From NCBI GenBank assembly GCA_002633005.1, contig NMRA01000477.1:45249-109248 (forward strand): a stretch of 64,000 nucleotides of DNA, written 5' to 3'. Below the pieces are notes generated by a model. It saw only the letters and a program-made list of their open reading frames with translations. It ran no database searches and was not told where the DNA came from. This document shows positions 31,901 to 42,400 of this stretch, piece by piece; position 1 is the stretch's first letter, and every line of letters starts with the position of its first letter. The stretch is from Phoronis australis (taxonomy: Eukaryota > Animalia > Phoronida). Both the position numbers and the translations under genes were made by a program.

Positions 31901-34799
31901 TGTGCTGTCAATCATAATTACATGGGGACACGCTACAGTGATAGAGGTCATGCTGTAAGCTCTGTGAAATCCAACCCATTTCCTTAGTCAACCACAGACA
32001 GGTGAGTGCAAAAAGGGTCCAAAGGAGTAGCATATAAGCCGAGAAAAGGGTTAGTGGGTCAATGCTCCAGTGAAATTGCACCACCTCTTATAGTCAACCA
32101 GGGGGTGCTAAGACAAAACTGATAACCATAAAAATGGGAATGGTAAGGGTTGAAGGGAGGCTTATCAAAATTACAGCACGAGCCAGAAAATTTAATAATT
32201 GGAAATCAGGCAACTTTTTAAAGTTTTGCCCAAAAGCTAAGAATTGTGTCTCCTCTTCACTATTTTTGGTTCATAGAGGAAAATTCTTTTTGACCAGCAA
32301 CTTAACAGCGACTGAGCGGACTTACCGGAGTCCATTCCCCTATAGATGGAGCTACCATTCTTTTCAAACACAGTGAAGGCACTTGGCACAGCCTTGGGAA
32401 CATCACACGGCAGATGGGCGGTGTTGCCAACAAGAACATCAACTGTCACCAGCGATCCATTCCTGGGCCTTCTGAAGCTTGACAGTTCTGAAACAACACA
32501 ACACATCATGATATGGACCAATATAATGTTTGAAAGAGACGGCTCGAGTATGGAGAGCAGATACAAACACACGGGTTGCTAACGGCACAACTAACAAATT
32601 CTCACTTGTGTCTTGATTACATGACACACCTGTAATGGCAAAACTAACACCATGTAAATTTGACTCATCCCAATTACTGTATTCATTCCCTTCAAAGTTA
32701 CATTTAACGCTACACTGACAGGTCACAAGTCGTCAAATTCAAAATAAGACGAAGAGGTTTATTAAACCAAAATAACAATTATGAGCTTGTTTCACAACAT
32801 TTTTGTGAGGATCGCAAAATTTAATTACAATTAAATCAAAATATCTGACACTCCACACTGTGCGAAACAAATCATCCCAAGGTGCATGTACTAGTTATAT
32901 TACCAAAGCACAGTTCAATATAACTTTAAACCAAATTTACAACGGAATGTGGAATCAATTAGTCTCATATTTTTGAGCCAGTACAAGTTGCGCCCAGTCA
33001 TCTTGTGTATCAACTGCCTGTCTACACATAGATGATCCATCTCTCTCCTCTAACGTGTATGACAGCGTTTTTCGACAGCGTACATGCACAAAGTGGCTTT
33101 TCATGGCACATTTCTGCTTTGCGACACTTTTTGAGAAAGCACGTAAACAAGGATGGATACCGTTCAACTTGCGCCGTGTCTGGTCAATGTTGTATCAAAC
33201 GTTATCGTTTAAACACAGCAGCATACACAATGAATAACATAGGATGTTGTGAAATTTCTCCTCTTTTACCCGAAAAAGGAATGTTATAGCAAAAATTCTT
33301 CAACTTGACACCAAAATAACTACTAAAATAGGCATTTTATATTTTTCAAAGGCTTACTGCATCGCACAAAATTCTCTTGTGTTTCAATAAATGTTGTTTT
33401 GTAATTCATATACAACACTCCCACCATGTTAACAACAATTTTGACAAAACAAAGGTTCACTTGTCTTCCATACTGCGTCCCAAATTGAAGCCTTTCCACT
33501 GTACTTGCAGGTTAACTCCACCCAGGGCTAGTGCTCAAACAACAACTTAGCAGTAGGATTGTTGGGGGAAACTTAAAACAGACTTCACAGGAATTCAAAG
33601 GAGTATTGCCACGGCTAGAGGAACATAGTTGTTCAATTCATTAGACCCTAACCAAAATCACCCTCAATTCAATTACACCAAACGACAGGCATAGACAGGC
33701 GTAGAGCCAGGAGAGGGCATTTTTCAAATTACCGTCAATTAAATTCCAGGATCTATTCAGAGTAAGCATAGTAGTGTTTGGTGTTTGAAAAGGCAACAAC
33801 TTTGTTCAATGATATTCCATATCCAGATGAAAGACGTGCAGAGGCACCGTGATAACTCAGTCGGCCTGTGCTGGTTTACACAAGTAATTTCAAACAAATT
33901 CCTTCTCAGTTTCGATGATAACTTAGTTTCCTTTGGAAATGTACGGTAGCAAGCAGACAGCGATCTGGTTCTGATATTGCAAATCGTGCATGGGGGGGGG
34001 CGTATGAATTTGTTCAATTTGTTCTTGCCTAATCAGCACGGCCAAGGAGTAGCTAGCATCTCATAACCACGGGGTAGACGCGGCTAACAGGAAACAGTCG
34101 TTGGAGAAATCAAATTGTGAGCACAACACCTCCAGGCAGACTGGGCTAACAAGAGAGGTGCCAAAACAAAACTTCCAATTTAGAAACAGGACAAGTTTGT
34201 TAGGGGGTTAATTTGATAAACAGTTGCCACTGACTACCTATTGTTAGGGGGACAATGACTGGTGGAAAAAACAACAAGTTATAAGGACCGCCATAACTAC
34301 CTACACAAAAATATGAGCCACACAGGCAAGTGTTTAAAACAACAATACACTTCCACATCATCGGCTTTTTTTTCACGAATATTTTATGAACGGGCAACAC
34401 ATGGACATCTAGAAGACGGCTGTATGATACCCCTGCTGGGTCTCTGGGCCACCTCTTACCATCCCTCAGACATCTTATCTGTCAACGGTAACATCTACTT
34501 ACGTGCTCGCCTAAGAGTCGCCACTCGGCTGACGATTGTCCCGATGTTGTTAGTAACCATACATTGATAACTGCCGGCGTGTGGCTGATGCTTGCGAGTG
34601 TGTTTGAACGACAGAATGTGTAGCGTCTTGGAGCCATTTTCAAGCACCACACCCTGGTCAGGGTTCATCTGTAAGAGGGCGCCGTTATACAGCCACTTGA
34701 TGTGTGCCGTCGGCGGAGCAATATCACAGTGGAATCTGACAGGTGCATGGAGTTTGGCCACCACAGATTCTGGCTCTCTAATAAACCTAGGTGTCTCAT
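7884..34799 (-). CDS. ihog: Spliced gene: Ihog/Boi-Cdon-Boc family Hedgehog co-receptor (Ig + FN3 type I membrane protein); start/signal-peptide exon not located
   Basis: 19 exons (21 counting the duplicated pair) with AG/GT ends and compatible phases give one continuous frame. The FN3 sequence 'PTVRRTSDSSVLLSWVMP..LPVDFFKVQYK..W.T.N..P..YEVTGLNP..YKFRIAVV' and the last FN3 'GFFISYR...L.P.TSYEVRVRCFN..G...FSN' resemble the membrane-proximal FN3 pair of Ihog/Cdon/Boc as I recall them. Ig2 lacks the canonical C-strand Trp, as I recall for Cdon. TM followed by CWRKQRQQ. The symbol denotes the family, not proven one-to-one orthology. Confidence 0.85.
8253..8266 (+). promoter_or_regulatory. CTCF-like motif CCACTAGAGGGCAG (last intron)
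   Basis: Close match to the CTCF core; motif only, binding untested. Confidence 0.35.
8301..8603 (-). CDS. Exon, cytoplasmic tail 3 (includes KHKRRKKR)
   Basis: ttttcAG acceptor, GTGAGT donor, 303 bp, phase 1-1, open frame. Confidence 0.85.
9286..9391 (-). CDS. Exon, cytoplasmic tail 2 (SSREVSNN...NILDT)
   Basis: tttcattacAG acceptor, GTGAGT donor, 106 bp; phase 0-1 exactly bridges its neighbours. Confidence 0.82.
9885..10126 (-). CDS. Exon, cytoplasmic tail 1 (DMDAKYRNKFQDPAQQIY...NGFLLNGING...)
   Basis: ttgttccAG acceptor, GTATGT donor, 242 bp, phase 1-0. Confidence 0.88.
10838..11018. repeat. 30-bp minisatellite, left arm (~6 units, GAGTAATACTGGCCAAGCTGTATAATATT[T/G])
   Basis: Head-to-tail near-identical units visible directly. 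Confidence 0.95.
11019..11522. mobile_element. 504-bp non-autonomous DNA transposon (MITE, hAT-like)
   Basis: Perfect 13-bp TIRs CAGGGCTTGGAAT (11019-11031) / ATTCCAAGCCCTG (11510-11522); AATACT on both flanks; clustered subterminal GCGGAA motifs. Confidence 0.88.
11523..11728. repeat. 30-bp minisatellite, right arm (~7 units)
   Basis: Same unit as 10838-11018. Confidence 0.95.
11742..11878. repeat. 38-bp tandem repeat overlapping the TM-exon splice donor
   Basis: Unit cacccatcatcttgccctcacacctgacccctgacac(c/t) twice, plus a partial copy in the exon and one diverged copy. Confidence 0.9.
11868..12128 (-). CDS. Exon, stalk plus transmembrane helix (MLYILLGVALGLMLLFLVIFMVLCW-RKQRQQ)
   Basis: gtcacAG acceptor, GTGAGT donor, 261 bp, phase 1-1; about 24 hydrophobic residues followed by basic stop-transfer residues. 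Confidence 0.93.
12584..12809 (-). CDS. Exon, third (membrane-proximal) FN3 remainder
   Basis: ttttcttcAG acceptor, GTAAGT donor, 226 bp, phase 0-1. Confidence 0.93.
13194..13207 (+). promoter_or_regulatory. CTCF-like motif CCACTAGATGGCGC (intronic)
   Basis: Close match to the CTCF core CCASYAGRKGGCRS; motif only, binding untested. Confidence 0.4.
13465..13637 (-). CDS. Exon, end of second FN3 and start of third FN3 (YKFRIAVV...AIKIYWR)
   Basis: ctcctgcAG acceptor, GTAAGT donor, 173 bp, phase 1-0. Confidence 0.92.
14087..14305 (-). CDS. Exon, second FN3 N-part (Ihog FN1 / Cdon FN2 equivalent)
   Basis: cccgcAG acceptor, GTAAAT donor, 219 bp, phase 1-1. Confidence 0.93.
15071..15175 (-). CDS. 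Exon, Pro/Thr-rich linker (ADHPTPADG...PTTTNTKKK)
   Basis: ttttgcAG acceptor, GTATTG donor, 105 bp, phase 1-1, GC-rich against flanks. Confidence 0.75.
15931..16209 (-). CDS. Exon, complete I-set Ig domain lying between FN3 domains
   Basis: gcacAG acceptor, GTTTGT donor, 279 bp, phase 1-1; LHC...WLKDG...NGTLEI...DAGRYTC.V.N. Confidence 0.88.
17274..17408 (-). CDS. Exon, first FN3 C-part (SKYAFRVIVKYEDG...)
   Basis: cttcaatccAG acceptor, GTGAGT donor, 135 bp, phase 1-1, YxFRV motif. Confidence 0.88.
17923..18117 (-). CDS. Exon, first FN3 N-part (TRTSVRVRW...VFVVQYR...W...LVVERLKP)
   Basis: tttcAG acceptor, GTACGT donor, 195 bp, phase 1-1, FN3 W/Y/L.P pattern. Confidence 0.9.
18523..18669 (-). 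CDS. Exon, Ig4 C-half, copy B
   Basis: Near-identical to 21202-21348 (2 synonymous substitutions), splice sites intact; may be the allelic copy. Confidence 0.8.
19701..19856 (-). CDS. Exon, Ig4 N-half, copy B (FMCTSSGSG variant)
   Basis: Near-identical to 22408-22563 (3 substitutions), splice sites intact; may be the allelic copy. Confidence 0.8.
20758..20990. mobile_element. Terminal fragment of a Helentron/HINE-like insertion, present in one duplicate only
   Basis: Starts AACAAGAG at an A-run, hairpin CAACGC-gga-GCGTTG at 20766-20780, absent at the equivalent site (23501), cut off by the N. Confidence 0.55.
21202..21348 (-). CDS. Exon, Ig4 C-half, copy A (TSLTINNAQSVHEGMYQCMATSPYGQAHSEGRLTV...)
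   Basis: ttcacAG acceptor, GTAAGA donor, 147 bp, phase 1-1. Confidence 0.88.
22408..22563 (-). CDS. Exon, Ig4 N-half, copy A (VPPRVVDP...FMCTASGSGPISQVWLHNG...)
   Basis: tttttcatgcAG acceptor, GTGAGT donor, 156 bp, phase 1-1. Confidence 0.88.
23551..23661 (-). CDS. Exon, Ig3 C-half (NLVIINVTRANNGHYLCHAEG...LEVL)
   Basis: ttccAG acceptor, GTGAGT donor, 111 bp, phase 1-1. Confidence 0.9.
26791..27005 (+). pseudogene. Decayed THAP zinc-finger-like sequence (probable transposon relic) in an intron
   Basis: MKYYSCAVGCNS...VKFFVFP...YIC resembles the THAP pattern M..CxxxGC...F.FP...(W)...IC..HF, with W and H missing. Confidence 0.45.
27358..27528 (-). CDS. Exon, Ig3 N-half (...GHNVTLPCVYRGHPTPRITWSKYGG...)
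   Basis: ctttcAG acceptor, GTGAGT donor, 171 bp, phase 1-1, C..GxPxP.I.W I-set pattern. Confidence 0.93.
29663..29806 (-). CDS. Exon, Ig2 C-half (RHKLSDDGSLQIGNVTKMDEGEYKCIAIN...LRVH)
   Basis: ttttcaatAG acceptor, GTGAGT donor, 144 bp, phase 1-1, DxGxYxC motif. Confidence 0.92.
30485..30635. mobile_element. Solo arm of the same family as 35925-36495
   Basis: ttttcaagggctttttaacaatgttgcgattgcc..ttttttcaaaacc..tgtcttacagtagct resembles the 36390-36460 arm. Confidence 0.5.
32326..32487 (-). CDS. Exon, Ig2 N-half (LSSFRRP...GNTAHLPCDVPKAVPSA...)
   Basis: tttcAG acceptor, GTAAGT donor, 162 bp, phase 1-1. Confidence 0.9.
34503..34799 (-). CDS. Exon, Ig1 (ETPRFIREPESVVAKLHAPVRFHC...W...GSYQC...SRVATLRRA)
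   Basis: ctttacAG acceptor, GTAAGT donor, 297 bp, phase 1-1, C-W-YxC Ig pattern. Confidence 0.93.
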
Positions 34800-35924
34800 C
34801 TGTAAAGAATAATGTTTAAGAGATAGAGAAGCTGAGAACATCTCACCAAGAAATCAGATTACGGCACTGTTTGGTCTACAATATTTCTCGAAAGTGCTTC
34901 ACGTGACACAAACATTACGGATTCGACACCCACTTGCACCAATGTACTTACTTCTAAGACTCCTCTGGATATTTTGTGCATTAAACATTCTTGAACATTT
35001 GGCCAGATAATTTGGTCCCCTAATTACTCCAAGGGTTTCACAGTAATTTCAATAAAACACTCGACCACTTGGGCTATATATGTAGAGAACAACTTCACAA
35101 CCATTACTTTAGTGAAAGATTACATCAACAAATCAAGGTACCAACATTGTTTCCAAGATGTTTCAAAATTAAGCCAATGTTCACACCTTCATCTAGAGGG
35201 TGTCCAGGACGTCCAACTGGACACTCTAACTCCAAATTTAGCCACCATGGCTGGGACTCCTTGTAAAGCATTTTGTCACCCAAGTTAACTTTAGCATGTA
35301 AGCATGGCTGCCTCTTAACTCACAACAGCTCTGGGGGCTCATTGAATAAAAAAGTTGGTTTAAAAATTATTAAGACACAAAAAATTTAGTGCAGAACTAT
35401 GTCTCCATGGTAACATGCCAGACTTGACAGCAATTTGACATGGGGTCATAAAAATGCAGTCGCGCATTATCATAAGAAACCAGGAAACCCATTTTGGACG
35501 CCCTATTTCTGACATTCTGGATGAATCCCTGGTTGGGTTTCAAAAGTGTTCTGGAAGACCTGTTCAAATCACACATCTTCATATTTCCAATCTGAGCACC
35601 CACGTTTTACCACAGCCCGTCCCATACATATATTTCAGTATCCCCCCCTCGTCTCATACACATATTACAGTACCCATGCTGAATTACAAGCAACATCTCT
35701 GTATACAGGTTAAGTGCTGCCACTTGTAAGCATGAGCTCCTGACCAGGTGTAAGATGATAGCCACCAGTGACAAGATGTGTACAAACTACTCTGAAGCTA
35801 TAGTAAACATTAGTTGAATCCCGCCACAGATGGTAAGCAGCCAGGATTTCTCAAGACATTACCGTTCCTCCCTTGTTTTTGACTGAGCCATATTTTTCCA
35901 CTTTTTCATCAAACAATACGTAGT

Positions 35925-36495
35925 GCCCCATCAATGCTTAACGATTTTCAAGTACTTCACTTTAGCTACCATAAGACATTATTTTCAAAAAAAAATGCGA
36001 GTATTCACAATACTAGAAAACCTAAAAACATGAAAAGGGGCAAACTTTTGCGATTTTTTTGTCCAAAATTGATCAGATTTTACTGTACACAACTGCTGCA
36101 AAACGGTTGTAAGCTTTGTCCGAAATCCAAGACGTCCTTGAGAAGTACCGTAGTTTTCCATCTAAATTTTTTGTGCAATGACATTGCCATTCTACAACCA
36201 TTTAGGGAGCTGCCCAATCTCATTCAATGACCGTCACTTTTCACTCGCAAGAAAGTGCGAGAAGCTGACAAAACTGTTAGACACAGCAGTAGATTATTAT
36301 AACGAGTGTAACGATGAGGTCAAGCAAAACAAATGAGAGGTGTAAGGTAAAATTTCGCACAAAAATACTCGCCAAACACGCCCTTTTTCACTTTTCAAGG
36401 TTTTCTAACATTGTGAATGCCAGTGATTTTTCAAAACTTTGTCTAATGGTAGCTACCGTACAAAACTTTGAAACTAAAACCATTTAATTTGATAC
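35925..36495. mobile_element. Old foldback/MITE-like element with long degenerate inverted arms
   Basis: tagctaccataagaca...attcacaatactagaaaacct (about 35964-36023) mirrors aggttttctaacattgtgaat...tgtctaatggtagcta (about 36398-36455). Confidence 0.65.
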
Positions 36496-39400
36496 TGCAT
36501 ATTTTCATTTGAGTAAATGATAAAATTTCTCTAGTCAGCCTTATGTCCTAAATCGTGGAGATTTTACCATAACTGAAAGCAGGAAGATTGTCCAAACTTG
36601 GCACATAGCGAAACGGTGACATTTGAAGTGAAAACCTTTACTGAACCAATGCAGCAAACGTTCCAAGTTTACTCAGCTTACTCTCTCCTTCAATTATTTA
36701 TGAAACCGAGGAGATGAATAATTCTACGTCGGTTCCAAATGAATGCCAGGGGAATTGTGTTGAAATCTGTTCCTTAGGTGTCTACAGCTGCCGGGTTATG
36801 TACAACTTATTACTTAACACATTTAAATGTTGGCTCATGTCAGTGAAAACATTTACAACAGAGACAAAAGAATATATTTATTAATTATCAGTTACTAATT
36901 AGGCAGTTTGTGAATGAACACAGCGAAACAACTCATCATCTCATGAAAAAAATCTTTGGGAACAAAAGGGAACGCTTAGAGAAGAAATTAAGAAACAAAT
37001 ATCCATATATTTTCTGCTGGTACAGTTATAGATTATAAAAACTAACACGATATTAGTTTTGTATATTTGGAAAAGTTATCCTAACACGAAGGGCTCCAAG
37101 TCCAACTCTGCAGAGTTAACTGATAAAACAGTAGTAGACAAGACGGTATCTTGCCGACACGAAATGAGAAAAAAGAGTGAGTCCAACAAGGGCAAAACAC
37201 TGAGTGGTGGATGTATTCGACAGACATGACATATCCGCTTGTAATTTAGGCTTCAGATTGATAATCAGTGATCAGATCTGGAGGTAAATGAGAAAGGCAG
37301 TCTTGTGTAACAACTGCAAGTGTGGAGGACATTGAGTTGATTTACTAACAAATCCTTCAAGCAAATGTAGAATATTAAAAGAAAAATGTCAGAATTTGGC
37401 AAACTACAAAACATCATATTTAAGGAATGGGTGATTGGATTCAGATACAATTTTCAGACTAGACACCATATTTGATACCATGTTCTCCAAAATGCTGTTA
37501 GAAATGATTTTTAAAATGTTCCACCTCAACAAATTTCATGGAAATACGTGAAGGAGTTCTGAAGAGATAGAGGCAAATGCAAAAACTGAAAATTTACACT
37601 AGGGAACGCAGCGGTATCAGATCCATCCAAATATTCGCTCATGATAGGAGCATATCTGTGAAAGTTCATGAACAGCCAGTTGGACACACAGCAGCGGACC
37701 CCAGACGTACAGAGTGGTGGCACATAAAAATAGCAATTACTTATAACATAATTTACAATAAAAGTTGGTTTTTAATAAACAGTCATCATATAAACTTCAT
37801 TTTAGTGGCATCACTCACATTGCACTTTACTTTGTAGCAACCGTGAACTTAGAGACCGTCACACTAACCTGCCAGTGAATTTTGCACATAGTTAACGAGC
37901 CACAGAAACCAAAACATAGTGAAGTAATCCCATAGTGAGGTTACTGCTTTCATTATGTCGCTGGTGGACGCTTGCGTCACCTACTCAAGGGGGTCAACAT
38001 TCAGAAGAGCGTAGCACACCTGAAAGTATAAAGAAATAGTTACAGTGTATTGGCAAGTATTCGACACTACCTCTCAAACTTGTTTGCTTTCAGGTGCATT
38101 CATACTAAGCACAGTAAATCAAAATTTCACTTGTCGGCCATATTGCCATAGGAAAAAAACGTACTGCATGAAATCAAACCCTTCTGTGGCTATCATGTAA
38201 ATAAATGGTTCTAAAAACAGAAAAGCTGAAACAATAGCCCGTTATTTCATCATGTAGTCTTTTGGCATCACTGGCAGTAGAAAAATGTTTTCTTAACAAT
38301 TTGGCTAGAGAGCGTGGCAGCATCAAGGGCGAGAGAAGAACAACATGATATGACACTTTGTGGCAGCAGAAGATGAAACAAACCCTAAACCAATTATATA
38401 ACACATTGTGGCAGCAGAAAATGACAAAAAACACTAAAAAAGACAATACAGTCAAGCTACATAAACGCTTACCAATAGCATGTGAATATTCAAGGATGAC
38501 ACAACACTACAGAGGAATCGATAGCAGCAATAGCTGACACTTTGAGCCAACTCAAATGGAATGAATCATACGTGGATAAACAGACGCATACAAGAAGTAT
38601 GATGGACAAAGACAACAAGCTATCTACCAGGCCAATGACAGTTAAGATTAATTAACGCTGTGATCAAATCTAATAAAGCTTCCTTTACTCAACATCACAA
38701 AAAAACGCTGGTCGAGAGAAGTCTCGTACAAATCCTATTAATGTAACAGCCTACACAATGGCCACATTATGGCATGAATGTGGGTGAAACTCAAACTCGA
38801 TTTCAGTAATTAAATTCCGTTTGGCTAAGCTTGGCTATTGGCCGATATCCTCACATAAACTTCATCGATCATGGAGCTTTAGTCCTCTAGAGCAAGAACT
38901 AGCCATCATCACGGTAACATGGTTAAGTGCCTGCAGAAACTCTTGGGTTTGTGTGTAGCCTCACAACTGTGTACAAACCAAGAAAAAACCTACCCACTGG
39001 CCCCAAACTACTCTATTCTTTCCACTGGCTTGATTCAAAGTAGCCCTAAGCTTATTATGTATTTGTTAAGCAGAGCAATACAGGGATTTGGTCTTAGTTT
39101 GGTATGATAAGAGCTTTTGTTTGGTGTGAAAGCCAGCCTTTGAAAAGACCAGCCACAATGGCCTTCAGAGGTCGAACAAAGAGGGCACTGTTTACTGATA
39201 AACACACATTCAGATCAGGAAATTATGGGTCCCTAAATGAAATATTTATTACTCCACCTTTGAGTTCAGATTGAAAACTGGATTGAAAACAGTTTGAATG
39301 AAAACTAGCAGGGCAGACTGGAGCTCAAATCGACCATTGATGGCACAGGTCAGATGAAAAGAGACCAGCTCTGTCAGTCAGAGCTGAGTCACCAAGGTGC

Positions 39401-42400
39401 CACAATAGAACAGAATGGTAAGTGGGTAATAAACAGGGTGCAATTACACTCAGTAATGAGTGCATGTGTAATAAATGTGTGTAGAGTTCACATTTATGTA
39501 AGTATTTGGCATGAAATTTATCAACCAAGGCTGTAATTACTGCACAATACAGAGGAGAAAGTACATTTTCATTTTATCAAATGTCTCAAAAATTGTTAGG
39601 TATGGTTTACTTAGTGGTCACAATGGATTGTATGTATCACCAAACAACACTGGGTTCAACCTTGGCTATTTGCAGAAATGGAGTAAGCTTTTTAAGAAGA
39701 TGGCAAACCAGAACAAGTAGAAGACTGAAGAATTAAACAAACCACTTTTTGGTGAGAACTTGATGCAAAATTTACCAACCAAAGCTGTAATTACAGTTTC
39801 TTTCATTTTACTAAGAAACAATCTTTTCAGTACCTTTTAAATTAATGCACGACATTGTCTCTGCTCAGCTGCCTCACTGATGCGGTTGTACCATGATTGT
39901 GTGGAAATATCTCTAACTGCCAAAACCATTAACAGTTGCCCCCCAAACCTACAGTCAAATGTTAAACAACCAAGCACTTCAGTCTCTATCAAGTTCCATT
40001 TCTCCACTCAACAACAATGGCTACCCCTTTCCTTGAGCCACTTTAGGCTCACAATCACAAATTACTTGCAGCAGATGAAACTGAAAATCTTAGGACCATG
40101 TCAATAACCAAGAAATCTTTCAATGGCCAATAGCCTCCATGCACTGACAGCCTCAACACACACTATCTGTGCACCCATCTGTAACTGTCAATCAAGCCTC
40201 ATTGTGTCCACTAACAATAGCCAGGCCTATCAAAATAACTCCAGATTGGTGTCAATGTGACTGCTTCAAACAATAAAAACATTTTACTAAAGGAATGGTC
40301 ACTTATTGAAAAACACTTGTTCAAAAATATTTGTGGGATTTGTCAGAACAAAAACTCGCAGGCCATTGAAATATGGAATAAAAAAAACCAATTAAGAAAC
40401 TTTAGAAGTTGCCACAACTTAAAAATAGCTAGTAGGCTGACCAATCATTTTTGGAGATAAGCTGACCTGTGTGTGCTGTAGGAACCAATACTCGCATAAA
40501 GCCAACAAGAGTTTATCTACAAATCAGGGCACACATGACAGAAATGACAAGAGAAGGGGCAGTTGTCCAACTGCAAAGAAGTGGTTGTGGCTAAAATCCC
40601 AACAGCTGCACTACTGTATGACAACCAATAACAGACAAACTAGACTTACTTGAGTGGTCTTGACATCAACTGGACATCACCTAAGATCTTAAGGACATCT
40701 CTTAAGGATATGAGAGAAAGATGCCGAGGAAAACAAAGACAAAACATAGTTTTGATCTTGGGGAATTGCGCGTCTGCATACATGCCACCATTGAGAACGA
40801 ATGCTCCAATTCAATGCACGCCTCTGTGATTTTGCGTTCACAAACGTAACAAGTTGTGAAAAAAGATTAATCGTCACCCAAATTCCTTAATTTGATAGGT
40901 TATTTGACATTTTGCTGTTTCGATCTCATGCTTATGACAAGCTTTAACCACAGACTCGATTTCTGTTGTCCATTCGTACTTGGTTTCATAACAATGAACT
41001 GTTGACCAATGAGATCCCGCCTGTTGGACAAGATACAGTTACAAAATTAACATTTTAGCGATAATTAAGTAAATCACGCAGTGCAAATTCAGTTGACATT
41101 GCAAGTGAATCTTGAAATTGCGACAATAGTTCGACATGTATAGGTTATAGTGTCAAAAAACAAGTTTTCACTGAGTCATAAACCGCAGACCTTGAGACTT
41201 TCACAACTACAGTAATCGTTTTTTTTTCCGGCTTCGGCAAATCGACTTAATTTTGAACTTAGGAACACAAGTTCTCGAAAACCACTTGGTGGATTCAATG
41301 AAACTTTCCAAACTTAATATTTGTTCGTCAATCTCAAAAACGCTAGTTTTTGCGTAATGCAACAAAGACGAATACAGCTGCTACTTTTCACAAAAATATC
41401 TACATTCTGCGAGATGCTTTGTCATGGATACCAAACTACAAGACTAATCGAAAATTTCGGCAATTTTAAGGTAACTGGTGAAGTTTTCATTTAAATGGGG
41501 TTAGATTAAAATTGACCAGGGGGTTATTTTGGTATGTACCTTTTTTAAAAAATGAAGTTTTGATTTAAAAAGTTGCTATGTAATAAAAATGGTAACACAT
41601 AAATATAAAAAAATATTTTTTAAATCCCTAATCTTTTTTCTTTCAATAAATTTATACTTTTACTAGATGACAAAGCCAGTTTTTTTTGATATGCGAACAA
41701 GAATAGAGGCTACTAAATAAGGTTTGCGACAACCTTCAGATTCTGTACTGAAACACACACACGTTCCAAAAAAGGTCGACTGGAGAAATTCATACAAGAC
41801 CAAACTGGACATATTCGCGGTTTTACACAAAATATTGTAAAATTAAAGAGAAATTATTTAAGGTATGATATAAAATAGGCACAAACTACTTGCCAATACT
41901 GAAACTGTCTGATTAAGCGACTATGCTATGCAGCTACTCTGACAGCCATGTTCTTCACTTGAATCAATGTGTCCGTTGTCATGGAATCACAATCAACATG
42001 ACAGATCATCTTATCACCTATCCTTCAATAAAATTCATGGAATGTTTTAGTAGTAAATTACACACGATAAGCTTACACCACTCAAAACCTGTGTGCCTGT
42101 ATTCAGAACTTGATTTTGTTAGCGGCAAAAACAAACCACCACTGTATACTCTTAACAATAACTACAACCAAAAAGTTCAAATCAAAGGTCAAAGCACGCT
42201 GAAAGATTTTCGACAAATTCCAAACTTGACCTCTGACAAGTTTCCATGACCTCACAATCGACAATGACACCGTAGCTCATACACAAAGAGATATTTCTAA
42301 ATGATTGGCATTGGATTTCACAAGTATGAGGCCTGAGTAGAAAGTCTAACAATAGACAACTGCTCTGGACTATGCAACATCAGTCTTGATGACAAGACAC

